In this document: positions 1-12,898 of the stretch, in pieces
How positions within the stretch are numbered: the stretch's first letter is position 1
How the letters are laid out: each line of letters starts with the position of its first letter
Source: Eledone cirrhosa
Lineage: Eukaryota
Direction: 5' to 3'
Length of the DNA: 64,000 nucleotides
NCBI GenBank assembly: GCA_964016885.1
Contig: OZ024761.1
Location: 4,216,001-4,280,000 of the forward strand
Position numbers and translations under genes: made by a program
The notes under the pieces: model-generated
The model's input: only the letters and a program-made list of their open reading frames with translations
The model's database searches: none
What the model was told of the DNA's origin: nothing

Positions 1-760
1 CCAACCCGTCCTTATTCTAGATACTATGGCCTCGGCACTCCCCCTCCCATGCTAATCTGATCTAGTTATCCACCACTTCTATAGCACCCACCTGCATTTG
101 AAAAATGTGTCTCACAATGCGACTTCTACTGTCTAATTTTCCTGTACATCTACTGCATACGTATTTCTCCCTACCTGTTAGTTTGCCTGCTATCCCGCTA
201 CATCTCTTGTGTACCCAGGATCTGCCTTGTGTGCATTTTATAGAATTTATGCCAGATCTTTTTCTGCATATCGAACATGGCCATTTCCCTGACGGAATCA
301 GAGTTTTGTCCTCTTTTCTACTCATCAACACTTTTGTCTTAGCTAGGTTCACTCTCAGTCCTCTTGCTTCCAACTGCTGTTTCCATAGCCAGAATTTATT
401 CTCTAGCTCCTCTACTGATTCTGCTATAAGAACCACATCGTCAGCATAGAGAAGTTCCCATGGACAGCCAGTCTTAAACTCCTCTGTTATGGCTTGGAGG
501 ACTATAATGAACAAGAGCGGGCTGAGGACCGAACCTTGATGTACTCCTACTTGTATCTGGAATTCCTCACTAAATTCCATTCCTACCCTGACTTTACTGA
601 CAGTACCTCTGTACAAAGTTTGCAGTCCTCACAAGCCATTCCTCAACACCTAGTTTCCTTAGGGACCACCAGATGACAGAGAAGGGTACCCTATCAAAGC
701 CTTCTCTAGGTCAACAAAGGCTAAGTATAGTGGGTTATTTTTCTCTAAGAACCTCTCTAG
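1..760 (-). mobile_element. RTE-clade LINE ORF2 fragment (RT with Cys/His finger insert), degraded
   Basis: Motifs FVDLEKA, GVHQGSVLSPLLF, LLYADD, NLAKTKVL, then CSICRK..WVHKRC..CSRC. Frameshift near 690 and stop at 62. Runs off the window. Confidence 0.9.
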
Positions 761-1024
761 TAATATATATATATATATATATATTCACATACACACATGT
801 ACATCTAATATATATATATGCATCAACATTTCAAAGCCCTACGAAATAAAATTAACACACATATATATCTACTACATTTCCAAAACCCTATGTATATATA
901 TAAACAACTACATACATATATACACAACTACATACATATATAAACACACACACAATACATATATACACACATGTACATCTAATATAAATATACATCAACA
1001 TATCAAAACCTTATGCTAAAGCTC

Positions 1025-1137
1025 ACAAAGTAGATGACGAAGGACCATGACAAATGGAGAGATGCTGTGCTGAAGAGGACCCATCCCACCCTTGCAAGCA
1101 GGGAAAAGCGCACATGAAATGATGATGATGATGATGA
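1025..1137 (+). mobile_element. RTE LINE 3' end with (GAT)n tail
   Basis: gatgacgaaggacc..tggagagatgctgtgctgaa..cccacccttgcaagcagggaaaag..(gat)n; same 3' end as the copy at 34570-35030. Confidence 0.75.
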
Positions 1138-1158
1138 GCACTTTCTTTATTATATATA

Positions 1159-1642
1159 CTAGCAGAAAAACCACCCTTCGGGTGATTTTCTCCTGGCATG
1201 TGTAGTGTGTATATTGATATTATACGCAAGTATATATACATGTAGATATGATACATCAAATAAAATCGTAATTGACAATATATAATACATAGAAATTGAT
1301 CGAAGACTGCGTTACACTGTCTTATGTAATCAGTAACGTAATCCAAGATACATTAAAAAAAGACGACATTATATATAAACTGCATTAGGAGAAAATTAGT
1401 GGCGGAAATATATGAATGTTTATTTAAGCGATTGTTAACCGGAAGTGTTGACATTTGAAAATTTTAAAGAAGTGAATCTTTAAATAAGTAATAAAATATA
1501 TTTAATGAACAACCACGAAATTTAGTAGATAAATTATGTAATATTCATTCATTATTTATTCAAAGTAATCCAATTTATTTTACTAAGGGGATCAAAAATT
1601 ATAAACCGTACACAGTGCTGCGCTTCTTACTTTATTATAGTT
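1159..1642 (-). mobile_element. Non-autonomous Helitron-like element
   Basis: Minus-strand 3' end has hairpin CACCC-GAA-GGGTG followed by CTAG (1159-1162) in a TA context. 5' boundary approximate. Confidence 0.55.
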
Positions 1643-1914
1643 TATATATATACACACACACACATATATATACACACACACACATATATACATATCTACT
1701 TTCCCTGCTGACGATATTGGACAGGTTGGTATATTAAGGCACGGCTTTTATGGCTGGTTGCCCATCCTAATTCCAAATACTTTACAAAGTGGACTGTGCG
1801 TATTTTATCATGGCACCAGCATTAACAGACTGGGCTTCTCACAGCCTCCATTAGCATTTCACTTGCAAAGCAATAGTCAGGCCGAGGCAATAGTAAAAGA
1901 CACATGTCCCCCCA

Positions 1915-4605
1915 CCATGATGACAACCTACCACCCGGATGACAGTCTACCACCCCGATGACAACCTACCACCCCGATGACAACCTACCACCCCGATGAC
2001 AACCTACCACCCCGATAACAACCTACCACCCCGATGACAACCTACCACCCCGATGACAACCTACCACCCCGATGACAACCTACCACCCCAATGACAACCT
2101 ACCACCCCGATAACAACCTACCACCCTGATGACAGTCTACCACCCCATTGACAACCTACCACCCCGATGACAACCTACCACCCCGATGACAACCTACCAC
2201 CCCGATGACAACCTACCACCCCGATAACAACCTACCACCCCGATGACAACCTACCACCCCGATGACAACCTACCACCCCGATGACAACCTACCACCCCAA
2301 TGACAACCTACCACCCCGATAACAACCTACCACCCCGATGACAACCTACCACCCCGATGACAACCTACCACCCCATTGACAACCTACCACCCTGATAACA
2401 ACCTACCACTCCGATGACAACCTACCACCCGGATGACAACCTACCACCCCGATGACAACCTACCACCCGGATGACAACCTACCACCCCGATGACAACCTA
2501 CCACCCCGATGACAACCTACCACCCCGATGACAACCTACCACCCTGATAACAACCTACCACCCCGATGACAACCTACCACCCCGATGACAACCTACCACT
2601 CCGATGACAACCTACCACCCGGATGACAACCTACCACCCCGATGACAACCTACCACCCTGATAACAACCTACCACCCCGATGACAACCTACCACCCTGAT
2701 AACAACCTACCACTCCGATGACAACCTACCACCCGGATGACAACCTACCACCCCGATGACAGTCTACCACCCCAATGACAACCTACCACCCCAATGACAA
2801 CCTACCACCCCGATGACAACCTACCACCCGGATGACAACCTACCACCCCGATGACAACCTACCACCCCGATGACAACCTACCACCCCGATGACAACCTAC
2901 CACCCCGATGACAACCTACCACCCTGATAACAACCTACCACCCCAATGACAGTCTACCACCCCGATGACAACCTACCACCCCAATGACAGTCTACCACCC
3001 CAATGACAACCTACCACCCCGATGACAACCTACCACCCCAATGACAACCTACCACCCCGATGACAACCTACCACCCCAATGACAGTCTACCACCCCGATG
3101 ACAACCTACCACCCCGATGACAGTCTACCACCCTGATGACAACCTACCACCCCGATGACAACCTACCACCCCGATGACAACCTACCACCCCAATGACAAC
3201 CTACCACCCCGATGACAACCTACCACCCCGATGACAACCTACCACCCCGATGACAACCTACCACCCCGATGACAACCTACCACCCCGATGACAACCTACC
3301 ACCCCGATGACAGTCTACCACCCCAATGACAACCTACCACCCCGATGACAGTCTACCACCCCGATGACAACCTACCACCCCAATGACAGTCTACCACCCC
3401 GATGACAACCTACCACCCCAATGACAGTCTACCACCCCGATGACAACCTACCACCCCGATGACAACCTACCACCCCAATGACAGTCTACCACCCCGATGA
3501 CAACCTACCACCCCGATGACAACCTACCACCCCGATGACAACCTACCACCCCGATGACAACCTACCACCCCAATGACAACCTACCACCCCGATAACAACC
3601 TACCACCCCAATGACAGTCTACCACCCCGATGACAACCTACCACCCCAATGACAGTCTACCACCCCGATGACAACCTACCACCCCGATGACAACCTACCA
3701 CCCCAATGACAGTCTACCACCCCGATGACAACCTACCACCCCGATGACAACCTACCACCCCGATGACAACCTACCACCCCAATGACAACCTACCACCCCG
3801 ATGACAACCTACCACCCCAATGACAACCTACCACCCCGATGACAACCTACCACCCCGATGACAACCTACCACCCCGATGACAACCTACCACCCCGATGAC
3901 AACCTACCACCCCGATGACAACCTACCACCCCAATGACAACCTACCACCCCGATGACAACCTACCACCCCGATGACAACCTACCACCCCGATGACAACCT
4001 ACCACCCCGATGACAACCTACCACCCCGATGACAACCTACCACCCCGATGACAACCTACTACCCCGATGACAACCTACCACCCCAATGACAACCTACCAC
4101 CCCGATAACAACCTACCACCCCAATGACAACCTACCACCCCAATGACAACCTACCACCCCGATGACAACCTACCACCCCGATGACAACCTACCACCCCGA
4201 TGACAACCTACCACCCCGATGACAACCTACCACCCCGATGACAACCTACCACCCCGATGACAACCTACCACCCCGATAACAACCTACCACCCGGATGACA
4301 ACCTACCACCCCGATGACAACCTACCACCCGGATGACAACCTACCACCCCGATGACAACCTACCACCCCGATAACAACCTACCACCCGGATGACAACCTA
4401 CCACCCCGATGACAACCTACCACCCCGATGACAACCTACCACCCCAATGACAACCTACCACCCCGATGACAACCTACCACCCCGATAACAACCTACCACC
4501 CGGATGACAACCTACCACCCCGATGACAGCCTACCACCCCGATGACAACCTACCACCCCGATGACAACCTACCACCCCAATGACAGCCTACCACCCTGAT
4601 GACAA
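1915..4605. repeat. 19-bp minisatellite (CCCCGATGACAACCTACCA)n, about 140 copies
   Basis: Direct tandem repeat with a few recurring variants; ends about 20 bp from the TBL2 exon donor at 4627. Confidence 0.97.
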
Positions 4606-4627
4606 CATTGACAACAACAATAATTAC

Positions 4628-4807
4628 CTTCGTGGATATTTTTCATGGACATTTCACTTTTCTTTGTCACCATGTTGAATACATTGAGACTGTTTCCTTG
4701 GGCCATGACAACTGTTCTAGAATCAGGTGACAAAACTATGTGTGATGGGTTAGAATGGAAGTTACCAGTGTATAACAGGTAGGGATCTTGCTGTTTTTTA
4801 TATTGCA
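4628..4807 (-). CDS. TBL2: TBL2 coding exon 9 (VQYKKQQDPYLLYTGNF...KNIHEG); gene continues off the left end
   Basis: ttttcag acceptor and GTAATT donor; 180 nt, phase 1-1; resembles the TBL2 segment VEYKKKQDPYLLKTG. Confidence 0.9.
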
Positions 4808-4863
4808 CTGAAAATAAACAAATATAACAACATTAACATTCTTTTCTAACTTCTTATACTGAT

Positions 4864-5177
4864 ATAATTGTTTCTACTTTTGGCACAAGGCCAGCAAATA
4901 CCCAGTGCATTACTGGTACTTTATTTTATCGACCCCGTAAGGATGAAAGGCAAAGTTAATCTTGGCGGGATTTGAACTCAGAATGGCAAGGGCCGTCAAA
5001 GCATGGTGTCCGACCCTCTACCGATTCTGCCAATACTAATATAGGGTGGTGGATTGGCAATATAGGTAGAGGGTCGGACGCCATGCTTTGCAGCAAAGAG
5101 TTACGGCCCTTGCCATTCTGAGTTCAAATCCCGCCAAGGTTAACTGGTTGCCGTTCATAAGAGCCACGCATATATAA

Positions 5178-5210
<33 letters not shown>

Positions 5211-5470
5211 GTTATGTATGTGTGTGTGCGTGCGTGTGTATGTGTATGATTGTGTGTGCGCACGCGCGTGTGTGAACTTTATAGAACTTTAATGTGACAA
5301 GATATTTTTACTGCGTGTATAGGCTCTTGTGTGGCCAATAAATATTTGATTACTAATATTAATTAATCCGAGGTTAACTTTGCCTTTCATCCTTACGGGG
5401 GTTGATGAAATAAAGTACCAGTAATACACTGGTATAATTGCTGGCCTTGTGCCAAAAGTAGAAACAATTA
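4864..5470. mobile_element. Head-to-head pair of tRNA-derived SINEs (family A); second copy interrupted by microsatellite
   Basis: A box TGGCAGAATCGG, B box GAGTTCAAATCC, body ACTTTGCCTTTCATCCTTACGGGGTCGATAAAATAAAGTACCAG, tail GCCAAAAGTAGAAACAATT. Further copies near 6016-6176, 7188-7380, 7858-7930, 10444-10610, 28963-29057, 29920-30044, 32057-32510, 38425-38603, 38820-38998 and 59580-59716. Confidence 0.85.
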
Positions 5471-6173
5471 ATTAATCATTTGTTTATGCCTACTGATATC
5501 TTCATTATCATTATTGTTGTTATGACTATGATTCTCATCAACAGCCATATTCAGTTTATATACATCTATAATTACAAAACTTTAAAACAACAACCACAAC
5601 AACTACTACTACTACAGCGACAACAACAACAACAACTATAATAAAAAAACAATCATATCAAAGTCTCTGCCTGAATAAAGACTTTTTGATAACATTTAGC
5701 TCTGTTTTCTCCTTCTTCCAGATAAATGTTCTATCTTGCTAGATTTAAAAAAATAATTTCAACTTCTTCAAAATTATTTCATTTCATTTCATTTGAGTTT
5801 GAGTCCATGCTCAGGCCAAGTCGAAGACTCCACCCTCAGTCGAAGACTCCACCCATATTTTTTTTTACTTAGTTTTCTTGTTACCAATAGTTATTTATTC
5901 CCATCTCCCCTCAACAACAAAGGGTCAGTAGGTATGTCTGCAGTGAGTATTACTAAATAATATTTATTACCAAAATCAGAGAATATGAAAATAAAGCAAC
6001 AGAACGACTAATGAGTCAGGCCAGTCATTTTGGGGGAGGGGAAAGTTGATTAAATCGACACCAGTACATCACTGGTACTTTACTTTATAGACCCAGTAAA
6101 GCGGAAAGACAAAGTTAATATCAGCGTGGTTTGAACTCAGAACGTAAAGGGCCGTAACTCTATGCTGCAAAGC

Positions 6174-6530
6174 ATGTTGTCTGGGTTGAGAGTGGACACA
6201 GCTAGGTTGTGGAATGTGTCAGCAAAGGTGATTTCTGTTGTTATTGGTGCACTGGGATCTGGTGCACTGGGATCTGGTGCACCTAGATCTGGTGCACTTG
6301 GATCTGGTGCATCTAGATCTGGTGCACTGGGATCTGGTGCACCTAGATCTGGTGCACTGGGATCTGGTGCACTGGGATCTGGTGCACTGGGATCAATACC
6401 AAACAAATTAGAGTAGAAATGAGAAGAACTTGGAATATAACCTAACATTTCCTGCCTGCAAAAATCTGCTCTTCTTGGCTCAGCCCATATCCTACGAAAG
6501 GTACTGGCTGAGGTCACCAGACTTGATGGT
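6174..6530 (+). mobile_element. RLE-type (R4/Dong- or NeSL-like) non-LTR retrotransposon C-terminal fragment with internal 15-bp tandem expansion
   Basis: RLWNVSAKVISVVIGALGS...LGI..NISCLQKSALLGSAHILRKVL; (GGTGCACTGGGATCT) repeated about 10 times; in-frame stops. Confidence 0.75.
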
Positions 6531-6569
6531 CAATTAGTTTACATCTCTCAAGGGAAAACCATGATGCAA

Positions 6570-7100
6570 AGGAGGAGGAGGAGGAGGGTAGAAGAGAAGG
6601 AGAAGAAGGAGAGGAGGGGAGAAGAAGAAGAGGAGGAGGGGAGAAGAAGAAGAGGAGGAGGAGGAGTAGAAGAAGAGGAGGAGGAGAAGAAGAGGAGGAG
6701 AAGAAGTGGAGGAGGAGTAGAAGAGGAGGAGAAGAGGAGAAGAAGAAGAGGAGAAGAAGTGGAGGAGAAGAAGTGGAGGAGAAGAAGAGGAGGAGGAGGA
6801 GAAGAAGAAGAGGAGGAGGAGGAGAAGAGGAGGAGGATGAGAAGAAGAAGAGGAGAAGAAGTGGAGGAGAAGAAGTGGAGGAGAAGAAGAGGAGGAGGAG
6901 GAGAAGAAGAAGAGGAGGAGGAGGAGAAGACGAGGAGGAGGAGGAGGAGAAGAAGAGGAGAAGAAGAGGAGGGGGAGGAGAAGAAGAGGAGGAGGAGGAG
7001 AAGAAGAAGAGGAGGAGAAGAAGAAGAAGAGGAGGAGAAGAAGAAGAGGAGGAGAAGAAGAAGAAGAGGAGGAGAAGAAGAAGAGGAGGAGAAGAAGAAG
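6570..7100. repeat. Polypurine (GAA/GAG)n low-complexity tract
   Basis: About 530 bp almost entirely A/G on the plus strand. Confidence 0.95.
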
Positions 7101-7926
7101 GCGATAAACAACAGGGGTTTGCTTTATATTGATTAAATGAAATGAGATATTAAGAGAGGGAAAATAGTATACCAATAACACTATTTGTAATAATTGTTTC
7201 TACTTTTGGCACAAGGCCAGCAATTATCTCAGTACATTACTGGTACTTTATTTTATCGACCCCGTAAGGATGAAAGGCAAAGTTAACCTCGGCGGGATTT
7301 GAACTCAGATCGTAAAGGGACGTATCATTATGCTGCAAAGCATGGCGTCGGACCCTCTACCAATACTGCCAATACACCACCCAACAGTAATTGTAATAAT
7401 GTGTAATGCTAACAATACAAAAGAAGAACGAAAGTCAAGTAGTAAACCCTTACTGTAATTCCAGGGACAACGATATACAAAACCTCTGTCACAGCAAGAG
7501 CATTGGAACTGCCCTCTCCTGCTTTCTCTCACCCTGCTTAGAAAAGTATCCAGCCTGATTGATCTCGCAACTCTCATACACCTTTCCTAAAACGCACTAG
7601 AATGTAATACTCCTCTCTCTGCCCTCACTTTCCTCCTCAAGTGTTACTTAAAGATGTTCATGAGAGTTTGGCCGGAGAGGAAGATTCCTGTCCTTTCACA
7701 CCTGTCGACCACTCAGCTTCTTTCACCATAACAATGAGGCAGAAAAACACTTATTGTGTTTCACTTCTAAAGGAAGGTGGCAGTAAAAGTTTCACTATAA
7801 ATTCGACTGATAACTGCGTCTCTCATATTCGTGTTAGCAGCTGCTCGACATAAGCCAGGGGGTCGATAAAATAAAGTACCAGTAATACACTGGGATAATT
7901 GCTGGCCTTGTGCCAAAAGTAGAAAC

Positions 7927-7997
<71 letters not shown>

Positions 7998-8213
7998 CAC
8001 GTGGCTGAGTGGTTAGAGAATTGGATTCGCAATTGTGAGGTTGTGAGTTCGATTCCTGGGCCAGACGATGCGTAATATCCTTGAGCAAGACACTTTATTT
8101 CACGTTTGCTCCTTCTACCTGGAGTTGTGACCGATAGAGAGTATTAGCAATAAGAAAGACCAGTGGAAACATTGCTTCCTCAGTCCGATTTGATGAAAGT
8201 CGATCAACTGTTG

Positions 8214-9312
8214 ATCATCATCATCATCATCACCGTTTTACGTCCGTTCTTCCACGCTAGCATGGGTTAGACGTGTTGTCCTGTTGTGGGCAGTGTCTGG
8301 TCGGCTGACCATGCCTTGCTCATACAGGAACTGATTTGGCTTGATTTCTACAGCTGGATGCCCTTCCTAACACCAACCTCATTTACAGTGAGTGCTGGGT
8401 GCTTTTTCGTGGCGCCTACACGTCCACTTTACACTGTGGGCTGGGTGCTTTTTTGCCGTGGCACCTCCACGACCACCTTGTGGTGGGGGGTGTGGGGGCA
8501 TATTGTCTATATGCTTCAGCTTGTACCCATGGGAGGTCGGGTACTCTGTATTACTGCGTGACGCCAGAGGTCACGGTCGTGTGTCATTGCCTTTGAGACC
8601 TCTCAAAGGCAATGACACACGGTGAGGTCGGCTTTTATCACCTCATCCCAGGTCATCTTGGGTGTTTATTTTTATTTTTATTTGTACTCCTTCCACCGTT
8701 TTTTCTCCCTTTTCTCCCTCCCCCCCTTTTTTTCTGTCTCCCCACCACTCCCACACATACCCTCGGAACTCTCTTCCTACCCACTTTTCTCCTGAAGGGC
8801 TTATGCCGGAACGCCCCCCCCCCTCTCAAGAGCGTGAACCTAATAAACTTTTATTTATATTGCCTCTCTGTTTATTGTTCCCGTCCAAGTTTTCCCTATA
8901 TATATATAGATATATATATATACACAACTACACCTCTCAAAGTCAATGACACACGACCGTGACTTCTGGCGTCACGCAGTAATACAGGGTACCCGACCTC
9001 CCATGGGTACATGCTGAAGCATATAAACAATATGCCCCCACTCCCCCCACCGCAAGGTGGTCGTGGAGGAGCCACGGCAAAAAAGCACCCAGCCCACACT
9101 GTAAAGTGGACGTGTAGGCGCCACGAAAAAGCACCCAGCACTCACTGTAAATGAGGTTGGTGTTAGGAAGGGCATCCAGCTGTAGAAATCAAGCCAGATC
9201 AGTTCCTGTATGAGCAAGGCATGGTCAGCCGACCAGACACTGCCCACAACAGGACAACCCGTCTAACCCATGCTAGCGTGGAAGAACGGACGTAAAACGG
9301 TGATGATGATGA
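8214..9312. repeat. Inverted duplication of a ~390-bp SINE-derived segment (8214-8608 vs 8933-9312)
   Basis: Near-identical ORF translations on opposite strands (8286..8561+ and 8972..9247-); local hairpin at 8578-8621. Confidence 0.9.
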
Positions 9313-9313
9313 T

Positions 9314-9444
<131 letters not shown>

Positions 9445-9581
9445 TATATAGATATATATATATAGAGATATAGATCAAATGAAAAAGATATGTATATATA
9501 TAGAAAGAGAGTAAGAACCATATAATTGTCCTATATACTATTTTTGATTCTATATTTCTCTTAGAATGCTGTAAGACTCTA

Positions 9582-9704
9582 ACCTCTGATGATTACTCTA
9601 AGTCTCCTGTGGTTTAATTATAATCAATAGTTTGTCTTCGATGATCGATTACATAGATTGGTTTTGAACCACAGTCTACAGAATACGAAATAGTGCTATA
9701 AGGT
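9582..9704 (+). ncRNA. Type I hammerhead ribozyme motif with ~95-nt extended stem II
   Basis: ACCT-CTGATGA(9586)...ctgtggttt/gaaccacag...GAAA(9687)-TAGTGCTA-TA^AGGT. Stem I is ACCT/AGGT; the base of stem II is partly decayed. Confidence 0.6.
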
Positions 9705-10015
9705 CTCTAATGATTCCACCTTGAGTACATATTCCTTCTATGGAATATGTATTTAGTATATATACAATATACTGTCTTTCTGCTATGATATATAGTTCCT
9801 TCTCTGTCTATATATATATATATCTTTTACATTTGATTTATTATGGCTCTGGATAATGTCTATAGAGCTTACTTATTGAGAAACACAAACTTCTAACATA
9901 TTTTATATGTTTGCATTCATTATGTGTGTGTGTGTGTATATATACACATATAGTGAGAGAGAGAGAGACTGAGAGTTACCACTCACTGTCGAAAAGGCAT
10001 TTGGGCATATATATA

Positions 10016-10643
10016 TAAATGTAATCTGAGTTTTTCGAATATTAATAATAACATTCGATTTGTTTGCAATTATGCAAACAAGCCTCAATTTTATAGCCAT
10101 GTCAGTAGAATGAACACTTCATTCTTGCTCTTGTATTGGCATGTGAACAGAACTGCAGACACTGCTGATATGCAGATCTGACTGATCAGCCAGTTTGCTA
10201 ACATGCAAATCAGGCCGATCAGTCACTGTGTATTTTTGAAAATAGCATATATTTTCATTAGTTCTGACAGTTTGGCAAGTGAACAGTGATCTGTAATGAT
10301 AAAGGGTGATACCCAGAAACATTAGTGTCTGCAGTTCTGTTCACATGCCAACACAAGAACAAGAATGAAGTATTCATTCTACTGACATGTCTATAAAATT
10401 GAGGCTTGTTTGCATAATTGAAAACGAATCGAATGTTATTATTCGGTAGAGGGTTGGACGCCATGCTTTCTAGCATAGTTACGTCCCTTTACAGTCTGAG
10501 TTCAAATCCCGCCGAGGTTAACTTTGCTTTTCATCCTTACGGGGTCGATAAAATAAAGTACCAGTAATGTACTGGGTAATTGCTGGCCTTGTGCCTAAAG
10601 TAGAAACAATTATTAATATTCGAAAAACTCAGATTACATTTAT
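10016..10643. repeat. Fold-back/MITE-like element with ~150-bp inverted arms; right arm split by a SINE at 10444-10608
   Basis: 10016-10163 is the reverse complement of 10324-10443 joined to 10609-10643. Confidence 0.8.
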
Positions 10644-11067
10644 TGTATTCAGCCATGTAGAGCGAAATTTTCTTTTTTATTATATATATATATATATATA
10701 CAAAGTAAAAACCTACTACAGTCAGTAGGCATCTCTATCAAAACACCGCCCCATCCCACCACCTCCACCCCATCCACACCGCCCCTTTCAATGTACAGTT
10801 ATGTTGGTCCCACAACATCCAGGCCGAAACAAATGAGATTGTGTAGGTGTCACGACAAAAAAACACAGTCCACGCTGTAATGTGGCCGTGTAGGTAACAC
10901 GGTAAAAACCTCCCAGCCCCACACTGTAAATGTGGTTGGTGTTAGGAAGGGCATCCAACTGTAGAAAACCCGCCAGACAGTCCTATGCGAGCAAGACAAC
11001 CACTCTTGACTCAAGTGGGAAAACCCCCGTCCAAACCCATGCAAGCGTGGAACACGGACGCTAAACC

Positions 11068-11098
<31 letters not shown>

Positions 11099-11417
11099 AT
11101 ATATATAATTACACATAGTTTCAATGTTTACATTATATAGGTATATATGTGATTAAGGGAATCAATCACCTTAACTTGTAAATCTACTCCAATCCAAAGT
11201 TATTCACAAACACGTTTCCCACATAGGGACCTTACACACAAACATTTCAATGCTTATATATATAATAATGCTTATATATATAATAAAAGGATGATTTGTT
11301 ATGTCTTCATTATGTTTATTGAGTAGTGACGCACGTTTTGCTATTGATCAGCTCAAGATTCGATCTGTATCTAGCCTGACTCTGGAATCAAAGCTCATCG
11401 GACCTCTGCTGTGGTAA

Positions 11418-11804
11418 TCATCATCATCATCATTTTACGTCCGCTTTTCCCTGCTTGCAAGGGTGGGACGGGAACTAATTCTGGCTTGATTTCTAGAGCT
11501 GGATGCCCTTCCTACCACCAACCTCATTTACAGTGAGCGCTGGGTGCTTTTTTTCCGTGGCGCCTACACGTCCACTTTACAGTGTGGGCTGGGTGCTTTT
11601 TTGCCGTGGCACCTCCACGACCCACTTTGCAGTGGAATGATAGGGACCCTAGGCCTATCATCTCATTTCTACAGCTGAGTAAACTGGAGCAATGTGAAAT
11701 AAAGTGTCTTGCTCAAGGAAACAACACATCATCCGGTCCGAGAATTGAACTCACAACCTTTCGATTGCAAGACCAATGCTCTAACCACTGAGTTATGTGT
11801 CTCC
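11418..11804 (-). mobile_element. tRNA-derived SINE family B with RTE-derived 3' tail
   Basis: tRNA-like head, CCTTGAGCAAGACACTT core, AGGAAGGGCATCCAGC, tail CCCACCCTTGCAAGCAGGGAAAAGCGGACGTAAAA(TGA)n. Copies at 54242-54586, 62404-62742 and a truncated one at 16903-17100. Confidence 0.85.
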
Positions 11805-12089
11805 AGGTAATGACAGAATGAACCTGTAGGGCTTAGAAAGGTCTATAACGATTCACATTTAAATATGGTGGTCAGTTACTGTTGTTTTGAGCTGATCAAT
11901 AGTGAAACATGTGTCACTAGTCAATAAACATAATGAAGACATGACAAATCATACTTTTATTATTAGTATTACACTCTGCTTAGTACAACACCAATATACC
12001 AACTGGAAACTACGTATTGAATGCTCACTCTGGTGAACCTACAGTAACTGGGCGTTACATTCCCTATATATAGGGTACTAGCCCAATAG

Positions 12090-12514
12090 CTACGGTTTTC
12101 TAAATGTTTACCTGTAAACATACCATATTTCTTCACATATCTGTATACAGCTATGGCTGAAGCTAAATCCTATTTCTTTTCTATTATAAGTTGAGCCAAC
12201 TTATGCAGCTTCATATGCAAATGAGATTAATCACCTCATTTACACAAACGAGAAAACTATATATTCTCGCCTGTTTTCAAGTCCAGCAGTAGCAAGTGGT
12301 AGGAGGGACCATCCTGACAAGGACCAGTTAAGTTCGAAATGCATTGACGATTGTCCCCCTTGCTTCTGCTGGACACCACCAGAGGGCGTTAGCCCCGGTG
12401 TCTTTTTGCATATCTACGGCTTTCTAAATGTTTATCTATAAACGTACCGCGTCACTCTAGAAATACGAAATTGGAATACATATCTGTATACAGCTATGGC
12501 TGAAGCTAAATCCT
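12090..12514 (+). mobile_element. Retrozyme-like unit (324-bp period, 1.3 copies) with a decayed hammerhead
   Basis: Direct repeats 12090-12173 and 12414-12514; ATC-CTGACAA-GGAC cagttaa GTTC-GAAA-TGCA-TT^GAC at 12311-12348; TA-rich flanks. Confidence 0.55.
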
Positions 12515-12534
12515 AATTATATATATATATATAA

Positions 12535-12720
12535 TGAAGGAGGTGTGGTAAGGACCATAACGCACCAGAGTACTCAATACTTAGGGTAGTAGAGTGGGTA
12601 ATAGGAAAATGTTTAACCCCGACGGCAGAGCTCAAGCTGTTTCGACAGCTATTTCTGGACTCAGTCCAGAAATAGCCGTCAAAACGGCTTGAGCTCTGCC
12701 GTCAGGGTCCTGAACCTTTT

Positions 12721-12723
<3 letters not shown>
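12535..12723. mobile_element. (TA)n-inserted palindromic element carrying the 3' half of a hammerhead (family Q)
   Basis: Inverted repeat centred near 12662. Family copies at 25218-25312, 42951-43060, 45166-45362 and 50650-50870 contain GTC-GAAA-CGGC-ttgagctct-GCCG-TC^GGGG. Confidence 0.7.
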
Positions 12724-12761
<38 letters not shown>

Positions 12762-12848
12762 TAGTACAAGTTTGGTAGAAATATCCAAGGATGAAAGTAC
12801 TCAGTCCCTAGGACAAGTTAAGTATAATTAGTTACAACAGTGACATAT

Positions 12849-12898
12849 ACAGGTACTTAGGTTTCATTGGGTTATGCACCCCAACTTATTCAGCCTGT
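12849..12898 (-). ncRNA. Type I hammerhead motif, core-mutated (CTGAATA)
   Basis: ACAGG-CTGAATA-agTTGGGgtgcataaCCCAAt-GAAA-CCTAAG-TA^CCTGT; perfect 5-bp stem I. Confidence 0.6.

Noticed and set aside
6534-7181. Long ORFs rich in R/E/G or L/S/P/F
   Set aside because: Translations of a (GAA/GAG)n tract; no splice or homology support.
7996-8075. tRNA-like sequences with A and B boxes (also 11735-11804, 46560-46630, 59580-59670)
   Set aside because: They continue into SINE bodies and lack a complete cloverleaf; these are SINE heads, not tRNA genes.
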